Assembly: GCA_036704615.1 (NCBI GenBank)
Contig: JAUBSF010000008.1
Direction: 5' to 3' (one strand)
Source: Microcoleus sp. K4-B3
GTDB taxonomy: Bacteria; Cyanobacteriota; Cyanobacteriia; Cyanobacteriales; Microcoleaceae
Length of the DNA stretch: 24,000 nucleotides
Part shown: one piece after another, positions 1-7,492 of the stretch
Position numbering within the stretch: position 1 is the stretch's first letter
Layout: every line of letters starts with the position of its first letter
Program-made: the position numbers and the translations under genes
The notes under the pieces: generated by a model
What the model was told of the DNA's origin: nothing
Seen by the model: only the letters and a program-made list of their open reading frames with translations
Database searches by the model: none

Positions 1-15
1 GAAGCGGTGACCAAA

Positions 16-1608
16 TCAACTCAGCACCGGCGGCAATCCTACTTCTTGCGGCTGCACAAATCGGCCATTAAAACTAACAGCTTTATCCTCAAAAGTCCTC
101 GCTTGGGCAACCGCTTGCCGCAAATGAGCCCGATCCATATCGTCCTCAATTCCCGCGACCAAATAGACCATTAACTTCGCCGCTAAATCCTTTCCAGAAA
201 CTAGCATTCGCTTTTTGTTCGGATCGTACAAAATCCCGTACCACGCAGACTCAGGATTGTCCATGCGGCTAAATCCTTCATCGACATCGAATCTGCGGAG
301 TTTGTCGAAAATAGATTTCAGGGAAAGTTTCTTTCTAAATACTAGAATTCCCAAAGCATTAGCTAAAGCAACTTGACCGACTGGACGGAACAAAAGATTT
401 CCCTCACCCCCTGGCTTTTCAAAACTAAATCGGCGCAATTCGGCGGTTTCTTCGCCGCTTTCAATTCTTTGATAGCTGGGTAAAGTTGCTAAATGATCGA
501 ACAATTTTTTAAACTCTTCAATTCCCTCTTTTAGTTCTTCATCTTCGGGACGCATGGGAATTAAACCTTTTCGTTCCGGCTTCCAATGAGGGAATTTGTA
601 TTCTAAATACCGTTCAGACATATCTTGCAGCGCTTGCAATGTGGTTAAGACAGTTGATTTTGCTGCGACTGTCGCGCTGTCCCAATTGACGCGGGGGTTT
701 CTGTCTTCTTGTTCTTTTAATAAGGGATGGGTGACGGCAATTTTTCGGGCTGCGATCGCAAATCCGTTGTCCTCGTTCAATAATGCTAGCTGACCCTGAC
801 TCAGCGTTACCGCCATTAGGTTAACGTGCACAAAGATCGATCGCACGCGCCGTTGTGCTTGCTGTCGCGTTTCCCCCGCTACCGCCGCCGGGATAAACTC
901 AATCCCGATTTTTTCGTGAGCTAATTTATACACTGTTTCGGGGTCGATTTGATACTCTTCTGCTAAATCTTCGAGAGTAATTGCAGCCCCGACAGGTTTT
1001 TTATTTTTGTTGTATCTTTGCAGGATTCCGGTTTTAATCAAACTCATTAAACCTTGAACTCCCATCAGCCGATGCTGGCCGTCTAAGGCAAAAATTGAGA
1101 CTTTTTGAGAGACATTCAAAAGCCCTAAGTTCTCGTTTTTATCAAACGATGTAAATTCAGCAGCAGATTTAGTTGCTACGCCATTTTTATCCCATTCCTC
1201 GGCTAGGGGATTGTCTACCCACGGAGGACTGACGACTACTAAAACTGCGGGGAATTTGTGCGATTTTCGGGCTGCTAAATATTGAGTTAGGGCGGCTTGG
1301 CGCGACCAATCTAAGGGACGCTGGATAATTTCGTCAATGGTTTCGTCGTCGCGGACGATGTTGTTGGTTTGGAGGTCAAATTTTTGGCGGAAAAGCGGCA
1401 TTTGCGAGGCGAAACGGACGCGAGAGTCTAACCATTCTAGGGTTACTGAACCGATGTATGCTTCGCTGTTTCCCATCTGGGTTTTTTGTACGAAAATGCG
1501 ATCGTCCTTTCCTAAATAATTATCTAATAAAAGTGCGATTTCCTGTCTGTCGCTATTTTCTTTTTCTAATATTTTGCTAGCGAGGTCATCCGCTGGGTGG
1601 GTAGTCAT
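16..1608 (-). CDS. DGQHR-domain protein, DndB/DpdB-like (ParB-fold) paralogue, 530 aa
   Basis: Complete ORF (ATG at 1608, TGA at 16-18). It has a literal FALDGQHRLMG motif, preceded by QRPLDWSRQAALTQYL and FPAVLVVV segments that I associate with the DGQHR/DndB-like family. It is about 150 aa longer than the adjacent dndB product and only distantly similar to it. It is divergently arranged with dndB. Confidence 0.75.
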   Translation of the reverse strand: MTTHPADDLASKILEKENSDRQEIALLLDNYLGKDDRIFVQKTQMGNSEAYIGSVTLEWLDSRVRFASQMPLFRQKFDLQTNNIVRDDETIDEIIQRPLDWSRQAALTQYLAARKSHKFPAVLVVVSPPWVDNPLAEEWDKNGVATKSAAEFTSFDKNENLGLLNVSQKVSIFALDGQHRLMGVQGLMSLIKTGILQRYNKNKKPVGAAITLEDLAEEYQIDPETVYKLAHEKIGIEFIPAAVAGETRQQAQRRVRSIFVHVNLMAVTLSQGQLALLNEDNGFAIAARKIAVTHPLLKEQEDRNPRVNWDSATVAAKSTVLTTLQALQDMSERYLEYKFPHWKPERKGLIPMRPEDEELKEGIEEFKKLFDHLATLPSYQRIESGEETAELRRFSFEKPGGEGNLLFRPVGQVALANALGILVFRKKLSLKSIFDKLRRFDVDEGFSRMDNPESAWYGILYDPNKKRMLVSGKDLAAKLMVYLVAGIEDDMDRAHLRQAVAQARTFEDKAVSFNGRFVQPQEVGLPPVLS

Positions 1609-1765
1609 TGGCGGTTTTTATATAATTAGGCTATTTTTTCAAAAAATATCATATATTAAAGTTTATGTCAACACTTGTTTTTAAAAAAACATTGTGAAAT
1701 ACTTAACTTATTCCCTAATAGCCCACCGTAATACCATAAAATTTGCAAAAAGTCAATAGCTATTA

Positions 1766-1877
1766 ATGCCCCATGCCCCATGCCCCATGCCCCATGCCCC
1801 ATTCCCAATGCCCCATGCCCCATTCCCAATGCCCCATGCCCCATTCCCAATGCCCCATGCCCCATGCCCCATGCCCC
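1766..1877. repeat. Heptanucleotide tandem array (ATGCCCC / ATTCCCA), 16 units, STRR-like
   Basis: Read directly: 16 contiguous 7-nt units. These are 5x ATGCCCC, then 3x [ATTCCCA ATGCCCC ATGCCCC] giving a 21-nt super-period, then 2x ATGCCCC. The array decays into ATTCTAA just before the dndB ATG at 1888. The minus strand reads GGGGCAT repeats. It resembles the short tandemly repeated repetitive (STRR) heptamers known from filamentous cyanobacteria. Confidence 0.95.
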
Positions 1878-1887
1878 ATTCTAAAAT

Positions 1888-3024
1888 ATGTCTACTCCTT
1901 CCTTTGAATACATTTTGCCGGTAATTCGGGGCATTCAAGCGGGCCGCGAATATTACGTGTCGATGTGTCCGGTGCGTTTTTTGCCGAAATTGTTTCCCTT
2001 TGAATCTGAAGATTTGCCGCCGTCTATGCGGGCGAAACGCGGGCTTAACAAAGCTAGGATTCCCGAAATTGCTGAGTATTTTGTTAAGAATCCTACAAAT
2101 TATACTTGTGGGGCAATTGCTGCTTCGATTGATGCGGATATTACTTTTGAAGCAGTGGGAAATGAGGCCGAAGAACGGAAAATCGGTCGCTTGCGAGTGC
2201 CGATGGATGCTAAGTTTACTATTAATGACGGACAGCATCGGCGGGCGGCTTTTGAGATGGCTTTGAGGGAAAATCCGCAGTTGGGATATGAGACGGTGGC
2301 GCTGATTTTGTTTCTCGATATTGGGTTGGAAAAATCGCAGCAGATGTTTGCTGATTTGAACGGTTTTCAAGTTCCTTTGGAGGCGTCACTCAGTCTACTT
2401 TACAACCACCGGGACGATGGCGCTTTTGTGGTGAAGGCTGTTGTTAAGCAGGTTGAGGTTTTCCGGTGTTTGATGGAGATGGAGAGGGGGAGTTTGAACG
2501 GGCGATCGCACAAATTGTTTACGCTGAGTGCGATCGATCGTGCGATCGTGGCTTTGCTGTCTAATATTCACGGCAGCGAACAGGCAAAACCCTCCGGTTC
2601 TCGCACCAAAAAAGAACAGAAAGAGGAAGAACTTGCTCAAAAAATACAACTGGCGGTTAGTTATTGGAATGCAGTTAGCAGTTTTATTCCCGATTGGCAA
2701 TTAGTTCTGCACAAGCAAGTTGCGGCGGCGGAAATGCGCCGGGATTGCGTACACTGTCACAGTGTTGTGCTTGAGAGTTTGGGAGAAGTTGGGGCGGCTT
2801 TGCGATCGGTTTTTCCTGAGAGTTGGGAGGAACGTTTGAGCTTTTTGCGGCAGGTTGATTGGTCGATTTCTAATCCTGATTGGGAGGGTGGGATTTTGTT
2901 GAAAGGGGGGATTTCGCGATCGAGGGCGAGTGTTAGTTGGATGACTGATTATTTGAAAAATCGGTTGGGTTTGGAAACCGCAGATGCAGCACAGGCGGGA
3001 CGCCCGTGCCACACTAAAAACTAG
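1888..3024 (+). CDS. dndB: DNA sulfur modification protein DndB (DGQHR family regulator)
   Basis: 378-aa ORF. The N-terminal FEYILPVIRGIQAGREYYVSMCPVRFLPKLF, FTINDGQHRRAAFEMAL (DGQHR) and FADLN segments fit my memory of DndB. It is on the same strand as dndC/D/E and upstream of them. The last ~16 codons (ETADAAQAGRPCHTKN) are encoded by a dispersed repeat/hairpin at 2976-3010. Confidence 0.85.
   Translation: MSTPSFEYILPVIRGIQAGREYYVSMCPVRFLPKLFPFESEDLPPSMRAKRGLNKARIPEIAEYFVKNPTNYTCGAIAASIDADITFEAVGNEAEERKIGRLRVPMDAKFTINDGQHRRAAFEMALRENPQLGYETVALILFLDIGLEKSQQMFADLNGFQVPLEASLSLLYNHRDDGAFVVKAVVKQVEVFRCLMEMERGSLNGRSHKLFTLSAIDRAIVALLSNIHGSEQAKPSGSRTKKEQKEEELAQKIQLAVSYWNAVSSFIPDWQLVLHKQVAAAEMRRDCVHCHSVVLESLGEVGAALRSVFPESWEERLSFLRQVDWSISNPDWEGGILLKGGISRSRASVSWMTDYLKNRLGLETADAAQAGRPCHTKN
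2976..3010. repeat. Small dispersed element: AACCGCAGATGCA followed by GC-rich near-palindrome GCACAGGCGGGACGCCCGTGC
   Basis: AACCGCAGATGCA at 2976-2988 recurs at 3676-3688, and as AACCGCAGATAAA at 11103. The hairpin part (2989-3009) recurs in reverse complement at 11151-11172 (GGCACGGGCGTCCCGCCTGTGC). The stem is 9 bp with one mismatch. Confidence 0.6.
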
Positions 3025-3032
3025 CTGTGAGT

Positions 3033-3644
3033 TTAATTTAAATAGCGTCGAAACGGTTCTGCAAGAATGCCCAAGATTTGGTCTAGCTGAGTAATAAAAT
3101 ATTCAGTCAAATCAATTTTTAACAACTGATTTTCTAGAATTAGGAATTTCCAGTTTGTACCAGTTGAAACTGCTCCATAAATTGCGGATTGTTCTTGCCC
3201 TTTGCGGGCATTAAATATTTGAGCTGCTGCCATCTGAGCCGCACACTGTCCCAAGCCTATTCTAATATCGTTGTCTTTTGCTTCCACCAATGTCAAAACT
3301 GGGGCAGTCACCAATGATTGATTGCTCGATGCGCTGAGGAGAAAGTCACAAGCCCCGGTTAATCCTTTGCTCTCTTCTACGTTAAATATGTTGCCAGAAA
3401 AGTAGCCAATTTTATTATTAAAAGTGCGCCGTATTTCGAGTAGAATGGGAGTGAGGATTAATTCCGAGCGAGCTTTTTCCGTGCTGATACTTGAGGCTAA
3501 GTCTAAAGCTTCGTCTAGAGTTTGTTTGAGGCGTTCTGAAGGTGCGATCGGGGTAATTTGGCTGAATAAGTGGGGAATGTCTTCAACGGTTAGATCCAGG
3601 GTTGAGACGGCTTGGTCGATGGTTTTGAAGTCGCTGTAGGACAT
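3033..3644 (-). CDS. PD-(D/E)XK nuclease-fold protein (small HsdR-N-like cyanobacterial family), ~203 aa
   Basis: The ORF track starts at a GTG (3689) that lies inside the dispersed repeat, so I prefer the ATG at 3644 (MSYSDFKTIDQ...). A putative nuclease core is GACDFLLSAS ... PVLTLVEAKDND (D ... E-x-K), followed by GQCAAQMAAAQ. The family call comes from motif pattern only. Confidence 0.55.
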   Translation of the reverse strand: MSYSDFKTIDQAVSTLDLTVEDIPHLFSQITPIAPSERLKQTLDEALDLASSISTEKARSELILTPILLEIRRTFNNKIGYFSGNIFNVEESKGLTGACDFLLSASSNQSLVTAPVLTLVEAKDNDIRIGLGQCAAQMAAAQIFNARKGQEQSAIYGAVSTGTNWKFLILENQLLKIDLTEYFITQLDQILGILAEPFRRYLN

Positions 3645-3675
3645 ATTTGATTTGGGTGAGAAATATGATTTTTTT

Positions 3676-3688
3676 AACCGCAGATGCA
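3676..3688. repeat. Second copy of the AACCGCAGATGCA dispersed motif
   Basis: Exact 13-nt match to 2976-2988. It lies in the divergent spacer between the PD-(D/E)XK-like gene and the HNH gene. Confidence 0.5.
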
Positions 3689-3865
3689 CGCGGACAGTGA
3701 TATAATTATCTCCTGTTTAGGCTAGAAAATTAATTTTTAGTCTGCTGACACTGCTTAAATTGTCTAGTTTCTGCATTATGGTTTTGCCTTGTGGCGCTTA
3801 ACCCTCTGTTGACAATAGTGTAAAATTTCATATCCGATTTTATTTAATCCTAGCGGGAGGAGAAA

Positions 3866-4744
3866 ATGACTACAGGAGAAGAGTCCGAAAATAAAAATCT
3901 AGCGTACTATCGCAATTGTTTTTCTCAGATTAAGGTAGGCAAGAATAAACAAGGAGGTAACGCTCTAAATCAGCCAATACTCCTACTGTCTGTAATTGAT
4001 TTAATTACACAAGGCTTACTTGATGAGAACAATATTACTGTTTCCGATCAATTAGTTAACACCTTCAAAAGATACTGGTCTGTATTGAGTTCTGACAGTT
4101 TTGAGGAGATTGATTTTGCTATTCCGTTTTTTCATTTAAAAAACAAGAAACCTAAATTTTGGCACGTTGAATTTAGCGAACAATACACGGGAGGACGCCC
4201 TCAAACCATCAACTCTTTAAGAAGAGATGTTGAAAGAGCGAAAATAGATGGTGAATTATTTGATTTATTGCGAGACTATAATGCCAAAAAAGAATTAATA
4301 GATATACTGATATCTGCCTGGTTTTCCTCAAGCCAAAAACAGATAGAAGATGTTTTAACAATAAATCAGTCTCTCCAAGATTCTACCTGGAATGAATTAG
4401 AGAGTATTGAATCTAGTGATACAGAGGTACAACCAAAGGTGTATTTACGAAAATCTTTGTTTAGAGAGGCTATTTTCCGTAAATCCGTCGTGCATTTGTA
4501 TGATTACCGATGTGCTTTTTGTCGATTGAAAGTTACACGTTCGCTTAGTCAAAGTATTGTAGATGGCGCACATATCAAGCCATTCTCTGAGTTTTATGAT
4601 AATAGACCAGATAATGGGCTCTCACTCTGTAAAAATCATCATTGGGCATTCGACCGAGGATGGTTTGCTGTTGACGATCGTTATCAAATTATAGTGGCTA
4701 GCGATCTACAAGAGGACTCACCATACCCTAGATTAATGAGATAG
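3866..4744 (+). CDS. HNH endonuclease (HNH_2-type, restriction-endonuclease-like) with N-terminal putative DNA-reader domain; truncated by an in-frame TAG
   Basis: GGAGG (3856-3860) lies 5 nt before the ATG. The HNH core is YRCAFCRLKV ... VDGAHIKPFSEFYDNRPDNGLSLCKNHHWAFDRGWF. The N-terminal segments NQPILLLSVIDLI and IPFFHLKNKKPKFWHVEF resemble the winged-helix domain fused to such nucleases. The frame continues open past TAG 4742-4744 for 39 more codons to a TGA at 4862-4864. The gene is AT-rich (21/60 G+C in 3866-3925 by hand count). Confidence 0.8.
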   Translation: MTTGEESENKNLAYYRNCFSQIKVGKNKQGGNALNQPILLLSVIDLITQGLLDENNITVSDQLVNTFKRYWSVLSSDSFEEIDFAIPFFHLKNKKPKFWHVEFSEQYTGGRPQTINSLRRDVERAKIDGELFDLLRDYNAKKELIDILISAWFSSSQKQIEDVLTINQSLQDSTWNELESIESSDTEVQPKVYLRKSLFREAIFRKSVVHLYDYRCAFCRLKVTRSLSQSIVDGAHIKPFSEFYDNRPDNGLSLCKNHHWAFDRGWFAVDDRYQIIVASDLQEDSPYPRLMR

Positions 4745-4860
4745 TTTCACGGAGAACAGATTCTTTTGCCAAGTTTAGAGCAATATTATCCGAGAAAAGA
4801 TGCGCTTCAGTGGCATCGCCAAAATGTGTTTACTTTAAAATCAAAACGGAGTTCTAGAAA

Positions 4861-6546
4861 ATGAATGATTTACAACAAATGTCACTATTTCCGCCCCGCA
4901 ATATTAGCGATTTAATGGCAGACATAGAAATTTTGAAAAAGGAAATTCAAGAGCTTTATTGTCAAGATGAACTCCCACTTGTAATCGGTTGGAGTGGCGG
5001 CAAAGATAGTTCCGCAGTCCTACAGCTTGTCTGGTATGCGATTGCAGAGTTGCCAATTGAGAAACGCCACAAAAAAATTCATGTTTTAACAAATGATACA
5101 CTGGTAGAAAACCCTATAGTAGCTGCTGGAGTACATAATTCTCTAAAACGGATGAAAGTTGCAGCCCAAGAACAGGGAATGCCAATAGAAACTCATTTAA
5201 CTTATCCAGCCGTTCAAGATACCTTTTGGGCGTGCTTAATAGGTAAAGGATACCCAGCACCGAGAAACCGATTTAGATGGTGTACGGAACGATTAAAAAT
5301 ACAACCAACAGGTTCTTTTATTCGTGAAATAATTAGAACTAGCGGCGAGGTAATTCTTGTTCTAGGTACTCGCAAGGCTGAAAGTGTTAAACGCGCCGCA
5401 AATATGGCTAAACATAGGGAGTGGCGGGTAAGCGAACGCCTTAATGCTAATCCCACTCGCCCTAACTCTTATATTTACCTTCCCATTGAAGACTGGCGAA
5501 CAGATGAAGTGTGGCTTTACTTGATGCAGTGGGATAATCCTTGGGGAAATAACAATAAAGATTTGCTAACTATGTATCGAGGTGCAACAGCCGACAATGA
5601 ATGTCCTTTAGTTGTTGATACTTCTACTCCTAGTTGTGGAAATTCTCGCTTTGGCTGCTGGGTTTGCACAATGGTAAGCCAAGATAAATCAATGGAGGCA
5701 ATGATTCAAAACGATGAGGAAAAAGAATGGATGCAGCCTCTCCTTGATATTCGCAACGAATTAGACATTCCAGACGATCACCCAAAAAGAGACTTCCGCC
5801 GCATCTACGGTAGAGTAGAACTGTTTGAACGCAACATGGGCGACGACACAACCTCCGTCGAACCCATCCCAGGGCCCTACACCAAATTCTGGCGAGAACA
5901 CTGGCTGAGACGAGTCTTGGAAGCACAAACCCACATCCGCAAAACCGCACCCCTAGAAATGCGCGATATCACCTTAATTACCCCAGAAGAACTTAGCGAA
6001 ATCCGCCGCATTTGGCTGGAAGAAAAGCACGAATTTGACGACAGTTTGCCCCGGATTTACGAAGAAGTTACGGGCGAACCTTTTGAAGATTCCCGTCCCG
6101 CCGCTGAAAGAAAACTCCTCGGTAGCGACGAATGGGCTGCGATCGAAGAGATTTGCAGCGAGGACAAAATGCACCTCGAATTGATGGCAAAACTCCTTGA
6201 TACAGAACGCCAATACTACACCAAGCCCCGCCGTACAGGCATTTACGCCGATTTGGACAAATGCTTTGAAACCAGTTCGCGATCGAAGGAAGAAGCGATT
6301 GGCAACGCCCACTATCAACGCAATTTAAAAAAAGCGGTGGAAGATATTAAAGCAAATCCGACGGAAAACATTCAGCAATTCAAAGATGCGATCGCCCAAA
6401 CCAACAGTTCCGCCAAAAACGATACCGTTGATATTGCTAAACTTAAAGAAGAACTCGAAAGCAATAGCAATCAAAGCAGACAGCTATCTTGGGCGGACAT
6501 CAAATTTTCACCGCCAAATTCAGGAGAGGAAAAACCTAGCGATTAG
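4861..6546 (+). CDS. dndC: DNA phosphorothioation protein DndC (PAPS-reductase-like PP-loop ATP pyrophosphatase, Fe-S)
   Basis: 561-aa ORF. It has the PP-loop motif VIGWSGGKDSS, the RFRWCTERLKI segment, and a cysteine cluster CGNSRFGCWVCT typical of DndC. Size and position before dndD fit. Confidence 0.9.
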   Translation: MNDLQQMSLFPPRNISDLMADIEILKKEIQELYCQDELPLVIGWSGGKDSSAVLQLVWYAIAELPIEKRHKKIHVLTNDTLVENPIVAAGVHNSLKRMKVAAQEQGMPIETHLTYPAVQDTFWACLIGKGYPAPRNRFRWCTERLKIQPTGSFIREIIRTSGEVILVLGTRKAESVKRAANMAKHREWRVSERLNANPTRPNSYIYLPIEDWRTDEVWLYLMQWDNPWGNNNKDLLTMYRGATADNECPLVVDTSTPSCGNSRFGCWVCTMVSQDKSMEAMIQNDEEKEWMQPLLDIRNELDIPDDHPKRDFRRIYGRVELFERNMGDDTTSVEPIPGPYTKFWREHWLRRVLEAQTHIRKTAPLEMRDITLITPEELSEIRRIWLEEKHEFDDSLPRIYEEVTGEPFEDSRPAAERKLLGSDEWAAIEEICSEDKMHLELMAKLLDTERQYYTKPRRTGIYADLDKCFETSSRSKEEAIGNAHYQRNLKKAVEDIKANPTENIQQFKDAIAQTNSSAKNDTVDIAKLKEELESNSNQSRQLSWADIKFSPPNSGEEKPSD

Positions 6547-6577
6547 CACGCGCTAGCCTGCGGTTAAACCCAAACTT

Positions 6578-6623
6578 GTTGACAGCCACCCCGCCGAGCT
6601 ATCGGATACAATAGGCTGTCAAC
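6578..6623. repeat. 10-bp perfect inverted repeat GTTGACAGCC / GGCTGTCAAC with 26-nt loop, downstream of dndC
   Basis: Read directly (arms 6578-6587 and 6614-6623). There is no T-run after it, so a terminator role is uncertain. It could be an RNA structure or a protein-binding site. Confidence 0.6.
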
Positions 6624-6676
6624 TAACCTCATTATTACCCAACCCTCATCGTTTAAATTACAAAATTTTTACGACC

Positions 6677-7240
6677 ATGATTAATCCTAATATTCCCCAT
6701 CAGGAGCTTACATACAGCATCATCTGCTGTGCAATGAGAGTACACCGGAGGACGCAAAAAGGTTTAAGAGAAAAACATTACCAAAGAGCCTTTGATGCAG
6801 AAATGATAGAAGCCGGTTTAACAACAGAAATGGAGTATCCCAGACAACTTTACGACGGTGAAGTTTGGATGGGAATCCTCTATCTAGACCATTGGGTGAA
6901 TGAAGGTATTGTAGTAGAGGACAAAGCCGTAAATTATCCAATGACCGATAAAGATAAAGCTCAAATAATAGCTTACGTAGCAGCTACAGGAGCGCAAGTA
7001 GGTTTATTTATAAACTTTGGACGCAGCAAATTAGAATATCACCGCATCCTCCCACCAAAATCTGTACAAGGTTGGCAGAAACACATTCAACCATACTTGT
7101 GGACGCCGAAAACAAGTGGCAGGGGTTGGACAAGAGGAAGTTCAGGAACCTATGAAGAAACAGATGCGGAACTCCCCTTACCTCCCAGCATTAGACCCCA
7201 GAAGCAGGAGGAAGATTCAACCGATGTGATTGATTGGTAG
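6677..7240 (+). CDS. GxxExxY protein (PDDEXK_3 nuclease-fold family) with ~60-aa C-terminal tail
   Basis: GLREKHY is the GxxExxY motif. YLDHWVNEGIVVEDKAV supplies a D ... E-x-K core. The canonical fold seems to end near KLEYHRIL (aa ~125). The remaining ~62 aa have no recognisable features. Confidence 0.8.
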   Translation: MINPNIPHQELTYSIICCAMRVHRRTQKGLREKHYQRAFDAEMIEAGLTTEMEYPRQLYDGEVWMGILYLDHWVNEGIVVEDKAVNYPMTDKDKAQIIAYVAATGAQVGLFINFGRSKLEYHRILPPKSVQGWQKHIQPYLWTPKTSGRGWTRGSSGTYEETDAELPLPPSIRPQKQEEDSTDVIDW

Positions 7241-7243
7241 CAA

Positions 7244-7476
7244 GGGGGGGGCGGTTAGCCACGGATTTTGTAACGGATGTAACGGATGATTAGTGGGTGA
7301 TTACCAAATCCGCTGCTAATCGCCCCCCACCAACCACCCAGCCGTTAAATCCGCTGCTAATCGCCCCCCCACCAACCACCCAGCCGTTAAATCCGCTGCT
7401 AACCGTCCCCCCACCAACCACCCAGCCGTTAAATCCGCTACCAAATCCGTGGCTAACCGCCCCCCCACCAACCAAC
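7244..7476. repeat. Complex repeat: 3 full tandem copies plus a fourth, interrupted copy of a 41-42-nt unit, bracketed by a 24-bp perfect inverted repeat
   Basis: The unit is AAATCCGCTGCTAATCG(C6-7)ACCAACCACCCAGCCGTT at 7306-7346, 7347-7388 and 7389-7430. A fourth, interrupted copy runs from 7431, with its main part at 7443-7476. GGGGGGGCGGTTAGCCACGGATTT at 7245-7268 is the exact reverse complement of 7443-7466. The repeat ends 17 nt before the dndD ATG. Confidence 0.9.
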
Positions 7477-7492
7477 AACATCTACATCTACA

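Noticed and set aside
1668-2370. Minus-strand ORFs encoding MGHGALG / GAWGIGNGAWG repeats (1668-1865 and 1753-2370)
   Set aside because: The repeat peptides are simply the heptamer array read in frame. The longer ORF is antisense to dndB.
5214-6318. Minus-strand ORFs 5214-5456, 5630-5950 and 5974-6318 inside dndC
   Set aside because: They are antisense to a well-supported dndC and have no motifs. They are typical shadow ORFs.
7306-7476. Possible CRISPR array
   Set aside because: The repeat units abut directly with no spacers. There are only 3-4 copies and no cas genes nearby. The organisation is a plain tandem repeat plus an inverted copy.
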